A stretch of DNA of 63,593 bases, the filler included, from Klebsormidium nitens (lineage: Eukaryota > Plantae > Klebsormidiophyceae): assembly GCA_000708835.1 (NCBI GenBank). It is 4 parts of 4 records of this genome, joined end to end, with 100 filler letters (N's around TTAATTAATTAA, not from the genome) between each part and the next. Parts side by side here need not be neighbours in the genome. Positions count along the whole stretch, not along the records: positions 1 to 31,082 come from DF237778.1; positions 31,183 to 45,844 come from DF238036.1; 2 more parts are not named here. The stretch is one strand, 5' to 3'. Every line of letters starts with the position of its first letter. Within the stretch, counting starts at the first letter, position 1. The translations under genes and the position numbers were made by a program. Positions 22,174-37,371 of this stretch are shown piece after piece. The notes beneath the pieces were generated by a model, which was not told the origin of the DNA, searched no databases, and worked only from the letters and a program-made list of their open reading frames with translations.

Positions 22174-25100
22174 GTGGATCCAGGGCAAGTTTCCCCTGCT
22201 TGGCATCCGGTCGGGCGTGAACACTGGCAAGACGGTGTTCTGCGGGGCCGTTGGGGATGAGCTTTGCGAGCAAGCGACCGCCCCCTCACGTCGATCATGA
22301 TCACGTACCGAGTGGCCCAGGCTCAAGACCTGAAAGAGCGCTTTCCCCGCACCGCAAACTACCTCGACCTGAAGGCGGACTACGATCACAAGAACGTGTG
22401 GTTCGAGGATCCGAACAACAAGCACATCCTCCTAACGGCCCTCCAGTCCCGAAAGGGCTTTCCCGAAATCGTGGTTCAGGTGGACAGCCTCCTCAACCTC
22501 CGGCGGGGTGGCATTGGCGAGGTTGCCCCGTTCGATCTCGTGATCCTCGACGAGGTGGCAAGCATCCTGGCGCACCTCTCAGCAGCAACTCTAAGGAACG
22601 GCATGGAGACCGGCGAGCTGTTCTTGGAGATTGTGCAGCGGGCAAGCGCGTGTTGGCCATGGACGATGGGTACGGGCAGCGGGAGCACGACTTCTTCCGC
22701 CTCGCAAACGTGCCTGGGAAGCTCATCATCAACAGAAGAAGGGCAGCGGTAGGCACTGAATTGATCGCGCTCTGATCAGTGATGACAGCTTTTGACACAG
22801 TGCGTCTTCCTGTTTGCTGAAGTTCTGGCCGTTTGGAGTCTGGACGCTTGAAAGTGCTTGATGCGGCATGCCTTGCTTTGGCCGCGCCTTGGTTCGCTGA
22901 AGTGGTTAGAAGCAGGATCGAACGGAACAGAAACTTTGGGCCTTTTGCCACGTTCTTTTCTTCTTGAGCGCCTTCAAAGGCAAGTGTGCCTCAGCATGTG
23001 TTGCTCAGATCTTTTTAAAGCACCTCTTGAACTGCTAACAGAGCCCGGCCATACCGTCACCTTTTCTAACGGGAGTTGTGTTTGATAGTGCAGCGTGTTC
23101 GTTCCTAGATTCAAAGACGGGCTTTTTGGTACCCGATGCTCTCTCACGTACATTCAGCCCACAGCGCGCTCATTCTCTGTACCACTTCATGCGCAGGTGC
23201 CTCTGACGTTCCGCGTCGGTCAGGACGAGAAGAAGTGGTTGGATCGAATCGTCGAGGACCTCGCGGCTGGCAAGAACGTGGTCGTCGTCAGCATGTCTGC
23301 GCGAGTCCTGGACCGCATCCGGGACCGGGTGACGTCACACCACTCGCTTGGGCTTGCAGACAGGGACATCCTCATCCATAAGGCCTTGAGCGGGGGCGAA
23401 ACCACGGCTCTCCTGAAGAACGTTGCAGAGAACTGGAAGGTTCGCCTGCTCATGTACAGCCCCACCGTCAAGGCTGGCGTGAACTTTGACGTTCCTTGGT
23501 TCCATACCAAGTTCCTCTACATGTGCCAGAAGAGCACGACGGCTCGGGCAGCCTGGCAGGCGACGCTGCGGGTGCGGAAAACGGAGAGCCCGCTAGTTCA
23601 TTGCTTCGTCTAGTCGTCCATCTCCGTGATGCTCGACTGTGCGCAAGAGATCCCAGCCGCGCGACTCTGCAATCTGGAACAGCAGGTGAGCAGATCGCAT
23701 GCGGCAACTCTTCCAGGTTACTTGCTTGACGTCGAGCAATTAACCGCGCATTGTGCTCAAGCTGCGGAAGCCACTTGGATCTATCTCGTGCTGAAACCTG
23801 CATCTCTCTCCGGTGTGCCATAAGGGATTCAACTTGCTTGTCGTGCAGGGAACGACGGCTATGGCACCGCAGGCTCCGGACGTTGACGACGACCCTGCTT
23901 TGCAGGTATTCACTCTATCTCATCTGTGCGCTTCGTCCCTCCCACTATGCACATTGCTTCCCATCTTGCTTGGGTCGAGCCATGCAACCTCCAGTGGGGC
24001 AGCTCCAGTCTTCCAAGCCTGTGCTCCGAATGCTGCTTGACGGCCCCTGAAAAGTGCTTCATTGCGAAGGTGCTGACAACGCTGCTTGATAGCGAGCCTG
24101 AGACACGTGCTCCACTGCTGGGAAATTGACACGATTGTTCTCCTTTTCACCCGCAGGATGCTGATGGGGACCGCTTGGACCAGCAAGTGGCGGTCGATTC
24201 CCCTCTCAACCGGGCGTCCGATTCTCAGTCTGGGGCGAAGGTCTCCTTGGGCCAACATTTTGAGCAACTCAAGGTGGGAAGTGAAGATCGACGTGCCTGC
24301 CTTAGATTCTGTCCAACTGTCTGGCTTTACATGCGCCTTTGCAAAGCGTACAGTGAGCAAGTTGTTCCTAAGTTCATCCACTGCTCTACAATATTGTGAG
24401 GGCCATTTCAGGGGCCAGTTTCGTTGGTGCGCGTTTGGGGCCAATTTCGTGGGACTCCGTTTAGTGGGCTTGTTTTGTGGGGTCCAAGTGGGGTCCAACC
24501 GGCTTTGGGGCCGGTTCAGAGGCTAGCTTTGTTAAGGGCCACTTTGGGGGGACAGTTCTGTGAGGGCCATTTCGGGAGCTAGTGGGCAACCTCCAAACCT
24601 GATGGAGATAACAACATCTGACTGTGGCAGAGCTGTGCATGAAGATTCACTCAATCTGATGTTCCTATTTGCAGGGATTCTTTGGCCCTCCACGGCGCGT
24701 GACCACGGCGGAGACGCTGCAATTTTTGCAAGCCTGCAACAGCGAAGTGACGGCTGCATGGAGGCGAGTCGCGTCAAGGACCGAGGACCCCGGCAAAGTT
24801 GTCCGGCTGATCGAGGACGGCCCCCTCTTCCGGACGTTTGCGCATACGGAGGCGGAGCGGCGGAACTCAGACGTGCGCCTGCTTCACGAGTTCCAACTGC
24901 AAGTCGCGCGAGCTGGCCACGTGGTGGAGGTTGAAGAACCCAAGGAGCTTTCGAAAAAGAGTAAGAAGCGGAAAGGGCTGGACGCAAAGGCGTTGAAGAT
25001 CATTGGGGCGAGGGCGATCGATGCGGCAGAGTATCAGGAGTTGAGGAGGTTGCGAGACACGAAGAGGGACAGGGGGGCGCAGAGTGTCGAGGTGATGAGG

Positions 25101-25894
25101 TACGAGGCCTGCCAGTACTACGGCCTGAAGGACCTTGACGAGCACTTCTTCAAGGAGACGAAGGCCGAGTACAAGCCCCCGTTCTCAAAGAAGCTCGACT
25201 TTCTGCTGAAGGTGCTACTCGAAGGGGAGTTGCTCGATGAGGGGGGAGTGGCTCGCCAGGGTCACGAGGTCAAGATGGTGGAGACTGCGCGGGGGCTGCT
25301 CAAGGACATGGGTCTGGCGCATGCGTTCGATGTGGGCGGTGAAATCCGCTCGCTACTTGCAGGCGGACTCAAAGACAGGCTCCTGCGATCGGACCTGTTC
25401 AAAGGCCGTCCCATGCAGGTCGGTTCGAAAACCGCGATGTCGGAGCGGCCCGTTTCCGAGATGTTCCAGATTCAGTTGCCAGCGCCCAGAACGGGGAAGG
25501 CTGAACTCGATCCGGTGCAATTGAAGGGGGTGATAAACAGAGTGCTGGAACACATGGGCCTGAAGGTGGGGAAGGGGATCGAGGTGGGCCGCCCGCGACG
25601 AGGGAAGGGGAAGCAGTACGAGTCGGGGTCCGGAAAGAGCACTACAAGTACAAGCTAGATCGGAAGAGCGTTCTCAGGATGGCAAAGCTCGTCAAGCTGC
25701 AGTTCCGTGAAGTCCCTCGTGTTTGGCAGCATCGGGGAGAGCTAGAGCCTGCGGTCAGAGGGTTTCTCAACGAGGTAGATGCGAGCAATCTTGATCATTT
25801 ATTGCGTAGGCCGTCTGGTTACCCTTTGCTAGAGGATCTGAGCTCGCCGGCAGGCAAGGACGATTCTGAGGAATGTATGATTGTGGTTCGTTAG
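22174..25894 (+). pseudogene. UL9-like (origin-binding protein) superfamily-2 helicase and C-terminal domain
   Basis: IRSGVNTGKT (Walker A); ITYRVAQAQDL (Ia); QVDSL; FDLVILDEVASIL (II); VLAMD (III); GKNVVVVSMS (IV); LLMYSPTVKAGVNFD (V); WQATLRVR (VI). Confidence 0.85.
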
Positions 25895-26221
25895 TTAGCA
25901 AGCTAGGGAGTATTCTGGTCGTAATGTATTGAAGTTCTTAAGTGGAATGTGGAGGTTGAATGCGAGTGAGCTTGGCACATAGTTGGCCCGAAATTGCCTA
26001 ATCGGTTCAAGATAACTACGCGCTACATGAAGTATTACTGGACAGTGACCCTTAAGGCATGATGTTTATTACGCCAGCGAGGAGGAAGACAACGAGTCTT
26101 TGACATTGAAGATCAAATGTATTTGATGACTCTGTAATCATAAGATCGGGTCCAAGCAACAACGGCTGCGTGCAATGGTATCTTGTGATTTTTCTTCGTG
26201 AACGGTACGTCAACCGTTTGA

Positions 26222-26779
26222 ATGGATGCGATTCTTGGCTATCGTCCTCAATCGCGCTTCGCAATCATTGAGATGGACAAATCCGTCCTTGAGAGCGCTC
26301 GATCAGCTATTGTACGATCGTACCAAGAGTTTGGCTTGCTAGATACGATATTGGATGCAGCGGCTCTGGCCGGCATGCGAGCTCTTACAGAGCCGTTCGA
26401 CCTTCGTCATATAACCAGACAGCTCGTGCGGTCGCTAATCGCTGAAGGATTCAACGCCTTTTGGGACCAGTCCAATTTGCATGGCCCGTATGCAATAAAG
26501 GTGAGCTGGCGAGCCGCCCTAAATCACGCGTCTCAAGCACGACGTTGGGCATGGAAGTTGCGAATCTCAACGACTTGGACCCATGTTAACGTGCATAAAA
26601 AAGGAGTGTTATCTCCCACGAATTCCATGGAACCAACAGCAATCTCTCCATCATCCTTGTATCGTGCTCCGAGCGTTGTGTGGGACGACACTGAGCCGGT
26701 TTTGGGACTTGAAATGCTTGCAAACCCGTTGAAAGCTCGAATTGCTCACGAAGTCTCCGAAATCATGTCGCCCAGATAA
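26222..26779 (+). CDS. Hypothetical 185-aa protein
   Basis: Intronless ORF just downstream of the helicase gene; no family recognised. Confidence 0.45.
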   Translation: MDAILGYRPQSRFAIIEMDKSVLESARSAIVRSYQEFGLLDTILDAAALAGMRALTEPFDLRHITRQLVRSLIAEGFNAFWDQSNLHGPYAIKVSWRAALNHASQARRWAWKLRISTTWTHVNVHKKGVLSPTNSMEPTAISPSSLYRAPSVVWDDTEPVLGLEMLANPLKARIAHEVSEIMSPR

Positions 26780-27049
26780 CGGGAATGTCCCAAAAGTCTC
26801 CATTTCTCATTTGTGTACATCGCCAGTCACGTTATCCAGCGCCAGTATAATTTCAGCTGAAAATTGAGTGGGCATCTGGCTTTTTAGGCGGCTTTTACAC
26901 GCACTCATAACCGTTTTTACCGTTAAAAGCTGCTACCCATCTCAATTTTGTGCGAACGATTTTGAACGTGCTCGTTCATGTTATCTGGAATTGGAGACTT
27001 TGCTCAAGGTGGTCAAAATTTTCTTGAGAGTATCCAGAAATTGTGAAAG

Positions 27050-27430
27050 ATGCAAGGGTCTGTTGAAATCACGAGACGCATAACCACCGTAACCCAGGGA
27101 GAAAGGCTGCTGCGCTCGGCGTTCGAGGATTGGTACTCGAAAGGACCTGACGATTCAACAATATATGAAGCATGTCGTGCGCTTGTTTCAAGGGTTCAAA
27201 AGACAACGAGACTTCACCTGCTTCGATTGGATCAAGGATGCCGACGGAATCATCAAGTACTTTCAGGAAACATATCCCACTAAGTTGTCGATGCAGGCCA
27301 CTGGGATCAACCCGCTCCTGGTTCTCGTGCGGAAAGCATTCCCCGAGGACAAACAGCTCTATGATGCCTATTACAAGCGGTACAAAGTTGGCACGGTGGC
27401 GATCCTATCGGAGTTGAGGCGAAGCAAAGT
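27050..27430 (+). pseudogene. Frameshifted fragment resembling the N-terminal region of viral tyrosine-recombinase-like proteins
   Basis: FDWIKDADGIIKYFQETYPTKLSMQATGINPLLVLVRK...LYDAYY; frame change near 27190; no catalytic R-H-R-Y residues seen. Confidence 0.3.
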
Positions 27431-27559
27431 CCCTCCGATCGCCGTTGCCCCCGGCCTTTTTCTTGTGCCCCTGCTCGACGCCTCCAGCGGGCGCCTTCTG
27501 GACATTTCTGCCACAGATCGAGGCTCAGCAACGCCCCTCGGCTCGTCAAGGTCGACCAC

Positions 27560-28504
27560 ATGGGCAGCTTCTGGTGCCTGTGCGGTAAGAAGGCGTGTCG
27601 TGACCACGAGGTGGGGTTCCTCGAGGAGACCCGTCTCATGGGCGGTTGGTGGCGAAGTGGGGAGGCCATCTTCACGGCCTTTGACGAGAGCCGGCCGCTT
27701 GTGCGCGAGGTCACGAGCGGCGTGCCTTGGGTGGTTCCCCTGGAACAAGGGGGGTGCGTGGGGGGTGCTCTTTCTGGGCTAGACGCGGAGGCGTGGAAAG
27801 GCGGGCCGCACCTCCGAGTGTTCGTCGTTAGCAACCCTGGAGAGGAACCCGTGGTTTGCGTGCTCTGGGGAGAGAATGCGCATTGCAGCGGCGTCGACTG
27901 CACGGGTTTAGAGCGGTGCCGGCACCTTCTGGGGATGCTCTCAAAGCAAACCTTGCCCCTGATTGATCGCGCAGTTGATGAAGGCGGGAGCCAAGCGACG
28001 CGGACCCTCGCCGAGAGGCGGGCAGAAAGGGTTGAGCAGCGAGAAGCAGGGACGAGAAGGCTCTTGGTCTGCAACGACCCCGCGTGCCGGCGACCCGACT
28101 CGAGAGTTGCGTGCACCCACCAAGAGACCCTCGAGCCTTGGGAGTGCCTCTCTGCGGCGGCGCTCGACATGGGCCACAGCCACAAGAAGATTGACACGGT
28201 CATGAGCCGGGGTGGAGCGAATGTTACGAGTATCTGCGAACGATGGGGCGAAGAAGGCGTGCGGCGACGGGACAAGGCAAAGCGTTCAAGCTCTCGTGGG
28301 CTCGGCCCCTCCTCGAGCGCCCTCTTGACACCGCGCCTCGACGGAGCGGCCGCCTTGGGCTCACGGCAGTACGGGCAGGGGGCGAGATCCCTCCTTTGCA
28401 CGAAGAATTGGTGGCCGCCCTCGCTCGCCTCCTCCCCCGACCGTACCTCCCGAACCTCTTTCGTGCTGGGGAACACTTCGTACTTTGTGAAGAGTTCTTG
28501 CTGA
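27560..28504 (+). CDS. Hypothetical protein with a SWIM-like Cys/His cluster
   Basis: 314-aa ORF with CSGVDCTGLERCRHLL at ~27885-27930. The C-terminal part overlaps the antisense RING ORF. Confidence 0.45.
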   Translation: MGSFWCLCGKKACRDHEVGFLEETRLMGGWWRSGEAIFTAFDESRPLVREVTSGVPWVVPLEQGGCVGGALSGLDAEAWKGGPHLRVFVVSNPGEEPVVCVLWGENAHCSGVDCTGLERCRHLLGMLSKQTLPLIDRAVDEGGSQATRTLAERRAERVEQREAGTRRLLVCNDPACRRPDSRVACTHQETLEPWECLSAAALDMGHSHKKIDTVMSRGGANVTSICERWGEEGVRRRDKAKRSSSRGLGPSSSALLTPRLDGAAALGSRQYGQGARSLLCTKNWWPPSLASSPDRTSRTSFVLGNTSYFVKSSC

Positions 28505-29190
28505 GGAACAGGGCCCCCGGTCGCGCTCGAAAGAAAGGGGCTCCCCTCTTCGTACTGGGCCTCCACGCACCGCAAACACAGGAGGTGGCCCCCTCCACCT
28601 CGGCAGATCAGTGCCCCACCCCGGTTCCGTTTCCGCTCCCATATGGAGGGCTCGCTCCCCCGGGCGTAGACCGCTCCCTTTCCGCCACAGGTGCGCCCGA
28701 TGCATGTTGACCCAAAGCCGCCCCGAGCAAAGGCCCCGGCAGGCCGCAAGCTGAAGGCGAGTCCGTAGTCGATTGCGAAGTCGGCGGCTCCCTGCTTGGC
28801 CGCATAGGAGGGGCGGCCTCCTCGCACGCCCCCAGCATTCGGCAAGGGAGGCACAGCCGCCGGGACGCTCCTGATGTCGCTGAAGACTGGAGCCGGTCCT
28901 TCGAAGTGGACTGCCGCACAACTCCTGACGGCTTGACCGGCTTTCAAGGTCTCGTGAAGGGTCGCCGAGGCCGCAGGGGTGGTCGATGCGATGAGCACGA
29001 CGCCAGAGGATTCTTTTTCGTCACGGGACGCCGTCACGAGATTCATCCTGGCACCGGAGAGAAAGCTTTGAGTTTGAGCCGGGTTCGATGGCCCTAAGTC
29101 CCGGCGACCCTCTTGGGATTGCAAAGGGGGCGACTCTGTTTTGGAAAGAAACGACCGCCTTTCACGACCTCCTTCCGTTATGCGAGCCAT
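28200..29190 (-). CDS. Protein with a RING-like Zn finger (true 3' end uncertain)
   Basis: CIGRTC...LICRGGGGHLLCLRC...CPYCREP in the 5' half of ORF 27307-29190. Confidence 0.55.
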
Positions 29191-29371
29191 GCTTGTAGCT
29201 TGCTGACCACGCTTATTGGCAAAATCTGTACCATAGTGGCAGTACGTGACTCAGTGCTGGCAAAGGACGGCGAGATCTGGCAGCGACCAGAGGCGCAAAG
29301 AACTTATTTTTCCAATGATGGGCCTTTTGGGCAACTCAACGCTCTTCCAGAAACTCTCGTAGACGACTAGT

Positions 29372-30396
29372 CCGGCCATACCTTGCAACTTGCATGTGTA
29401 CCAGAAAAGGATCCGTTATGTTCTAAAGATATAATACAGCGTTTCCTGGTACAGGCCCATTGTGCGTTGGATGGTTGGAAGTCGGGGGGCCGGCCATACC
29501 CTGCAACTTGCATGTGTACCAAAAAAGGACCCATTAGATTCTTTAGATGTAATACAGCGTTTCCTGGTACACGTTCACGACTCCCTCTGAGCTGTGCCTC
29601 GAATGCAAAGCTCACAGCGTTTTGAGGGGCCGGCCATGCCTGCCAGGATGTACCAGAGACCAACCCATTAGATTCTTTAGAAGTAATACAGCGTTTCCTG
29701 GTACAGGCCCATTGTGCACTGGATGGTCGGAAGTTGGGGCCGGCCATACCCTGCAACTTGAAGGTGTACCAGGAAAGACACATTACATTCTTTAGAAGTA
29801 ACACAGCGTTTCTTGGTACACGTTCACGACTCCCTCTGAGAGCTCTGTCTTCTGAATGAAAAAGCTCACACCGTTTGAGGGGCCGGCCATGCCTGCCAGG
29901 ATGTACCAGGAAATGCCCATTAGATTCCGTCCAGTGAGAAATAGTACAGTATCGCTTGCCACGGTACACACGATCGTTCCCTGAGTCGAAAGAATTCTGC
30001 AATATGTCACCGGGTGTCCCGCCGCCAGAAAGCTCCAGCGGCCTCAAACCTTTTGCAGGGCCGGCCATGCCCCGCAAGATGTACCAGAAAACGCCCAATA
30101 GATTCTTAAGAAGTAATACGGCGTTTCTTGATACGGGCTGACTGTGCGCTGAATGGCTGGACTTGCGCTTGCAGAGGGGCTGCAAGCCCCCTGCAAGCCC
30201 GACCATGCCCAGCAAGATGTACCAAAAAAAGCCCATTAGATTCTTAAGAAAGTAATACGCCATTTCTTGGTACATTCAGATTGTGCGCTGGATGGCTGGA
30301 CTTGCGCTTGAGGGGCTGCAAGCCCGGCCATGCCCCGCAAGATGTACCAGAAAGCCCATTAGGTTCTTAAGAAAGTAATACGCCATTTCTTGGTAC
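29372..30396 (-). repeat. 8-unit array of the palindromic repeat family, inverted relative to the left arrays
   Basis: Cores at 29398, 29516, 29650, 29766, 29903, 30081, 30219 and 30344; linker types match the left arrays in reverse complement. Confidence 0.93.
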
Positions 30397-32122
30397 AGCA
30401 CTTCGGCGATCTCATTTTTAGATGGCAAATTTGACCGGTCTTCAGTACGTCATCCAGTTTGGAGGCACCACTGAGGTACCTCACAATTCAAGTTCATGAT
30501 TTATTCTCCAGAAACCATTGAACTGAAGCCAAGAGGGGCTGGTGGGGACCTGGTGGCGTCACTTCAAATGACTTGGAGTCTACGGAATCCTGGTGGCATG
30601 CTACAAGAATCTCTTGGAGTTTGACTGTACCAGAAGACGACCTACTAGTGAAGTCAGTGTTACTCTTTCCACTTGAGTAGTCTACTGCTGCCAGCCAGCC
30701 TTGTAGCACCGTGACTCAATCTCTAAGCTGTGACAGTGACTTCAAAAGTAAACCATCGTCGCATTGCTCACCTCCTGCCAAAAGGAAGACGCGTGCACTT
30801 CCCCCTCCAGCTCGCCCATGCTCGTGGCACCACACAATGCAGGACCAGCTCAGTCCCAGCTCAGTCTGGCAAGCTGCAAGCCAGGCTGCCAGGCTCGATC
30901 GTGACCATACTGACTGCAACTCCGACTCGGCGCGGCGGCGCATAGCTTATGAGATGCAGGGACGTACCGGGCACTTTCTGCACTTTTCAGCCGAATCTTG
31001 GATCGACGGCATTCGGATGCCCCCGGCCCATCGGACGGCTGAGAAAGTTGGGTGGGATCTCAGCCTCGCGCCGCCCCGGCCCNNNNNNNNNNNNNNNNNN
31101 NNNNNNNNNNNNNNNNNNNNNNNNNNTTAATTAATTAANNNNNNNNNNNNNNNNNNNNNNNNNNNNNNNNNNNNNNNNNNNNCCTTGAGGGGGTCAAGGG
31201 TTGCGCCATGCATTAAATGCGAATAATGCAAAGGGGCCAAAATGCATGGACCCCAATAAACGAAGGGTCCAACATGAATAGGCTATGGCCGTGCATAGGC
31301 TATGAGCCTGTGGCGGCGGCGCGATGCGCGCACGCGCGCGCTCAGGACACGCTATGGCAAGGAGCCATTCTGGCGTGACAGGAACGAAAGAAGTTTTTTG
31401 AGCTTGGTTCAAATTGGATCATGGGCCACATTCAAGTAAGTGGTTTTTGCAACTGCCATGAAATCCAAATTTCGACTCTGAAGTTGTGCATAGTAAGTCG
31501 CATATACACCACACAAATCACTGAGTTGCGTGCGCTGTGGATCGAATTGTCATGCCCATATTTTCACCCCATAAGGACAAGGACATGACAATGATTTGTT
31601 TCTTGGGGCCCGGCCGCCCATGCCTTGTGCGAGGGCATCATAATAAGAAGTATTCATGGTCATTTTTTAAGTCAGGGATAGGTGAAATTAGTTGGGAGTA
31701 AAAGCTAGTTGTCGAACCGAACCATTCAATGATTTACCCTACTCCAATCAAACGAGCGCGCGCATGACATAAGTGAACGGACATGTCCAGAATCCTGATA
31801 TGTCGCAGAAAAATCTGTGCACGCTACTGCAACCGGGTACCCTGAAGGCATTGAAGACAAAAGGAAAAGCTGGCTTCTTCTTGAAGCTCTCCTCGCAATA
31901 AGCACAATTGGTCTGCGTCTCGAGCGAAGTTGGCCCGTTCACTCATCACTCACCGCCATGATGGGCAGCGGCCGGGATTGAAACCTCATGTGCAAGCAAC
32001 CGTCCGATGAAAATTGTCTCGCATTTGTGTACATCCTCGACAACGCGAGAACACTTACTGCAGCGACCAGCCTAGTTCAAGACGACTCGCGTGATTCTTC
32101 GCAGGCGCTCCCTTTTGAAACG

Positions 32123-36422
<4,300 letters not shown>

Positions 36423-37371
36423 GATGAAGAGCGGTCCTGAATCTGTTGTAGCTTTAGTGGTGAGTGCACCTTTGCCTGCTGTTTGGAATTGCTCACAACG
36501 CAGCTTTGCTGTCTTTTGAAAAGCGATTTTTAGATGTGAAGGTGTGAAAGGTAAAGGGTGTTGCACCTTGCTTGAATGATATTGGCAAGCGCTTTCACGA
36601 ATTGACCTCAATATATGGTGCTGAGACGAGTTGGGAGAGGAAAAAGCACTGCTTCCAGACCTTCTTCGTAAAGCCGTGGATAACATTTAGGCTTGAAAGG
36701 AAGATCCGAGAGACGGCGCAGGCTTCCACCCTGCCGCCGCGCCTTGGAGATTTATCCAGGAGCAAAGTACTTCAGCCTCATGCTAGTAGTAGTAGTACTA
36801 CTGACGACTTGCAGGAGGCCCCTCCAGGATCTCCTGGTCGAGCGCCCCTGCCGATTCTGCCCCGTCCAACATCCCCGGCGGACCGTACCGGTGACGCAGC
36901 AGCCAGCTGTCCCGCGTTACCTATTGATGTCGTCCGCTTCTGCTCAAGAAACAGTCACCTTCATCCCTGAAAATAAGTGGAACATAAGTCTTGGTTCTCA
37001 ATGGGCGCTACCAATAGCGCAACGTTGCGCGACATCCTGAACCCTAAAATTCCCTGGCACTCCCGAGTCCCCAGCCAAAATTGTGTCAAGGGCAGTAACG
37101 CTGCATGCTCGTGTCGATGTCGACACAAGCAATCCGGTTGATGTCAACAGCTTCCAAGAAGAAGCCCTGCAACTTGCAAGCTGCACAGCTGCACGCCTGC
37201 TTGGATTGGCGGTCTCTCTCTTGTCTTTCTCATTTCCTGTCGAGCTGGGACTCGGAGACGGAGCACAGAAGAAGGGTAGTCCTCGCATCCACATGGACAT
37301 ATAAATCTGCTCTCACATCCTTCAGTCAGTGTTCCTGCACGGGGTTTCTTGAGGAGAAGAGGGATTGAGGA

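Larger units (their letters stand above)
12603..25894 (+). pseudogene. ~19-exon gene (~1,850 aa if repaired): Cys/His-rich N-terminus, 2A-like motif, acidic linker, PrimPol/AEP primase, Zn finger, UL9-like SF2 helicase; disrupted
   Basis: Hand-built GT-AG exons with consistent phases: 12603-12831, 13508-13705, 13844-13963, 14375-14626, 15436-15525, 15603-15712, 15883-15948, 16092-16196, 16626-16700, 17289-17363, 17934-18026, 18269-18546, 19187-20063, 20724-21250, 22174-22748, 23197-23685, 23849-23905, 24157-24273, 24675-25894. Apparent 1-bp deletions near 22262, 22645 and 25630, and an in-frame TAG at 23611-23613. The 5' exons are less certain than the catalytic exons. Confidence 0.72.
12603..30396. 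mobile_element. Candidate virus-like or self-replicating element (primase-helicase gene, palindrome arrays, accessory ORFs); boundaries approximate
   Basis: Viral-type replicase gene, phage-like nested ORFs, and a palindromic repeat family seen only between 13064 and 30396 in this window, with left and right arrays in opposite orientation. No TIR or TSD identified. Confidence 0.6.

Noticed and set aside
27307-28200. Single 627-aa gene on the minus strand
   Set aside because: The 3' half is Ser/Arg/Pro-rich and antisense to a better-looking plus-strand ORF, so it is probably a GC-rich shadow frame. Only the RING-bearing half is kept.
29372-30396. CRISPR-like array (palindromic repeats with variable spacers)
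   Set aside because: The linkers fall into 2-3 recurring families rather than unique spacers, the repeats are ~55-75 bp and degenerate, no cas genes are present, and the context is eukaryotic.
12603-30396. Assignment to Polinton/PLV, Helitron/Replitron or a complete giant-virus insertion
   Set aside because: No pPolB, capsid, packaging ATPase, HUH or DDE motifs and no NCLDV core-gene cluster are visible in the window.
31127-31138. TTAATTAATTAA islands inside N runs (also 45889-45900 and 61436-61447)
   Set aside because: The identical six-frame-stop linker centred in equal N padding is a scaffolding artefact.
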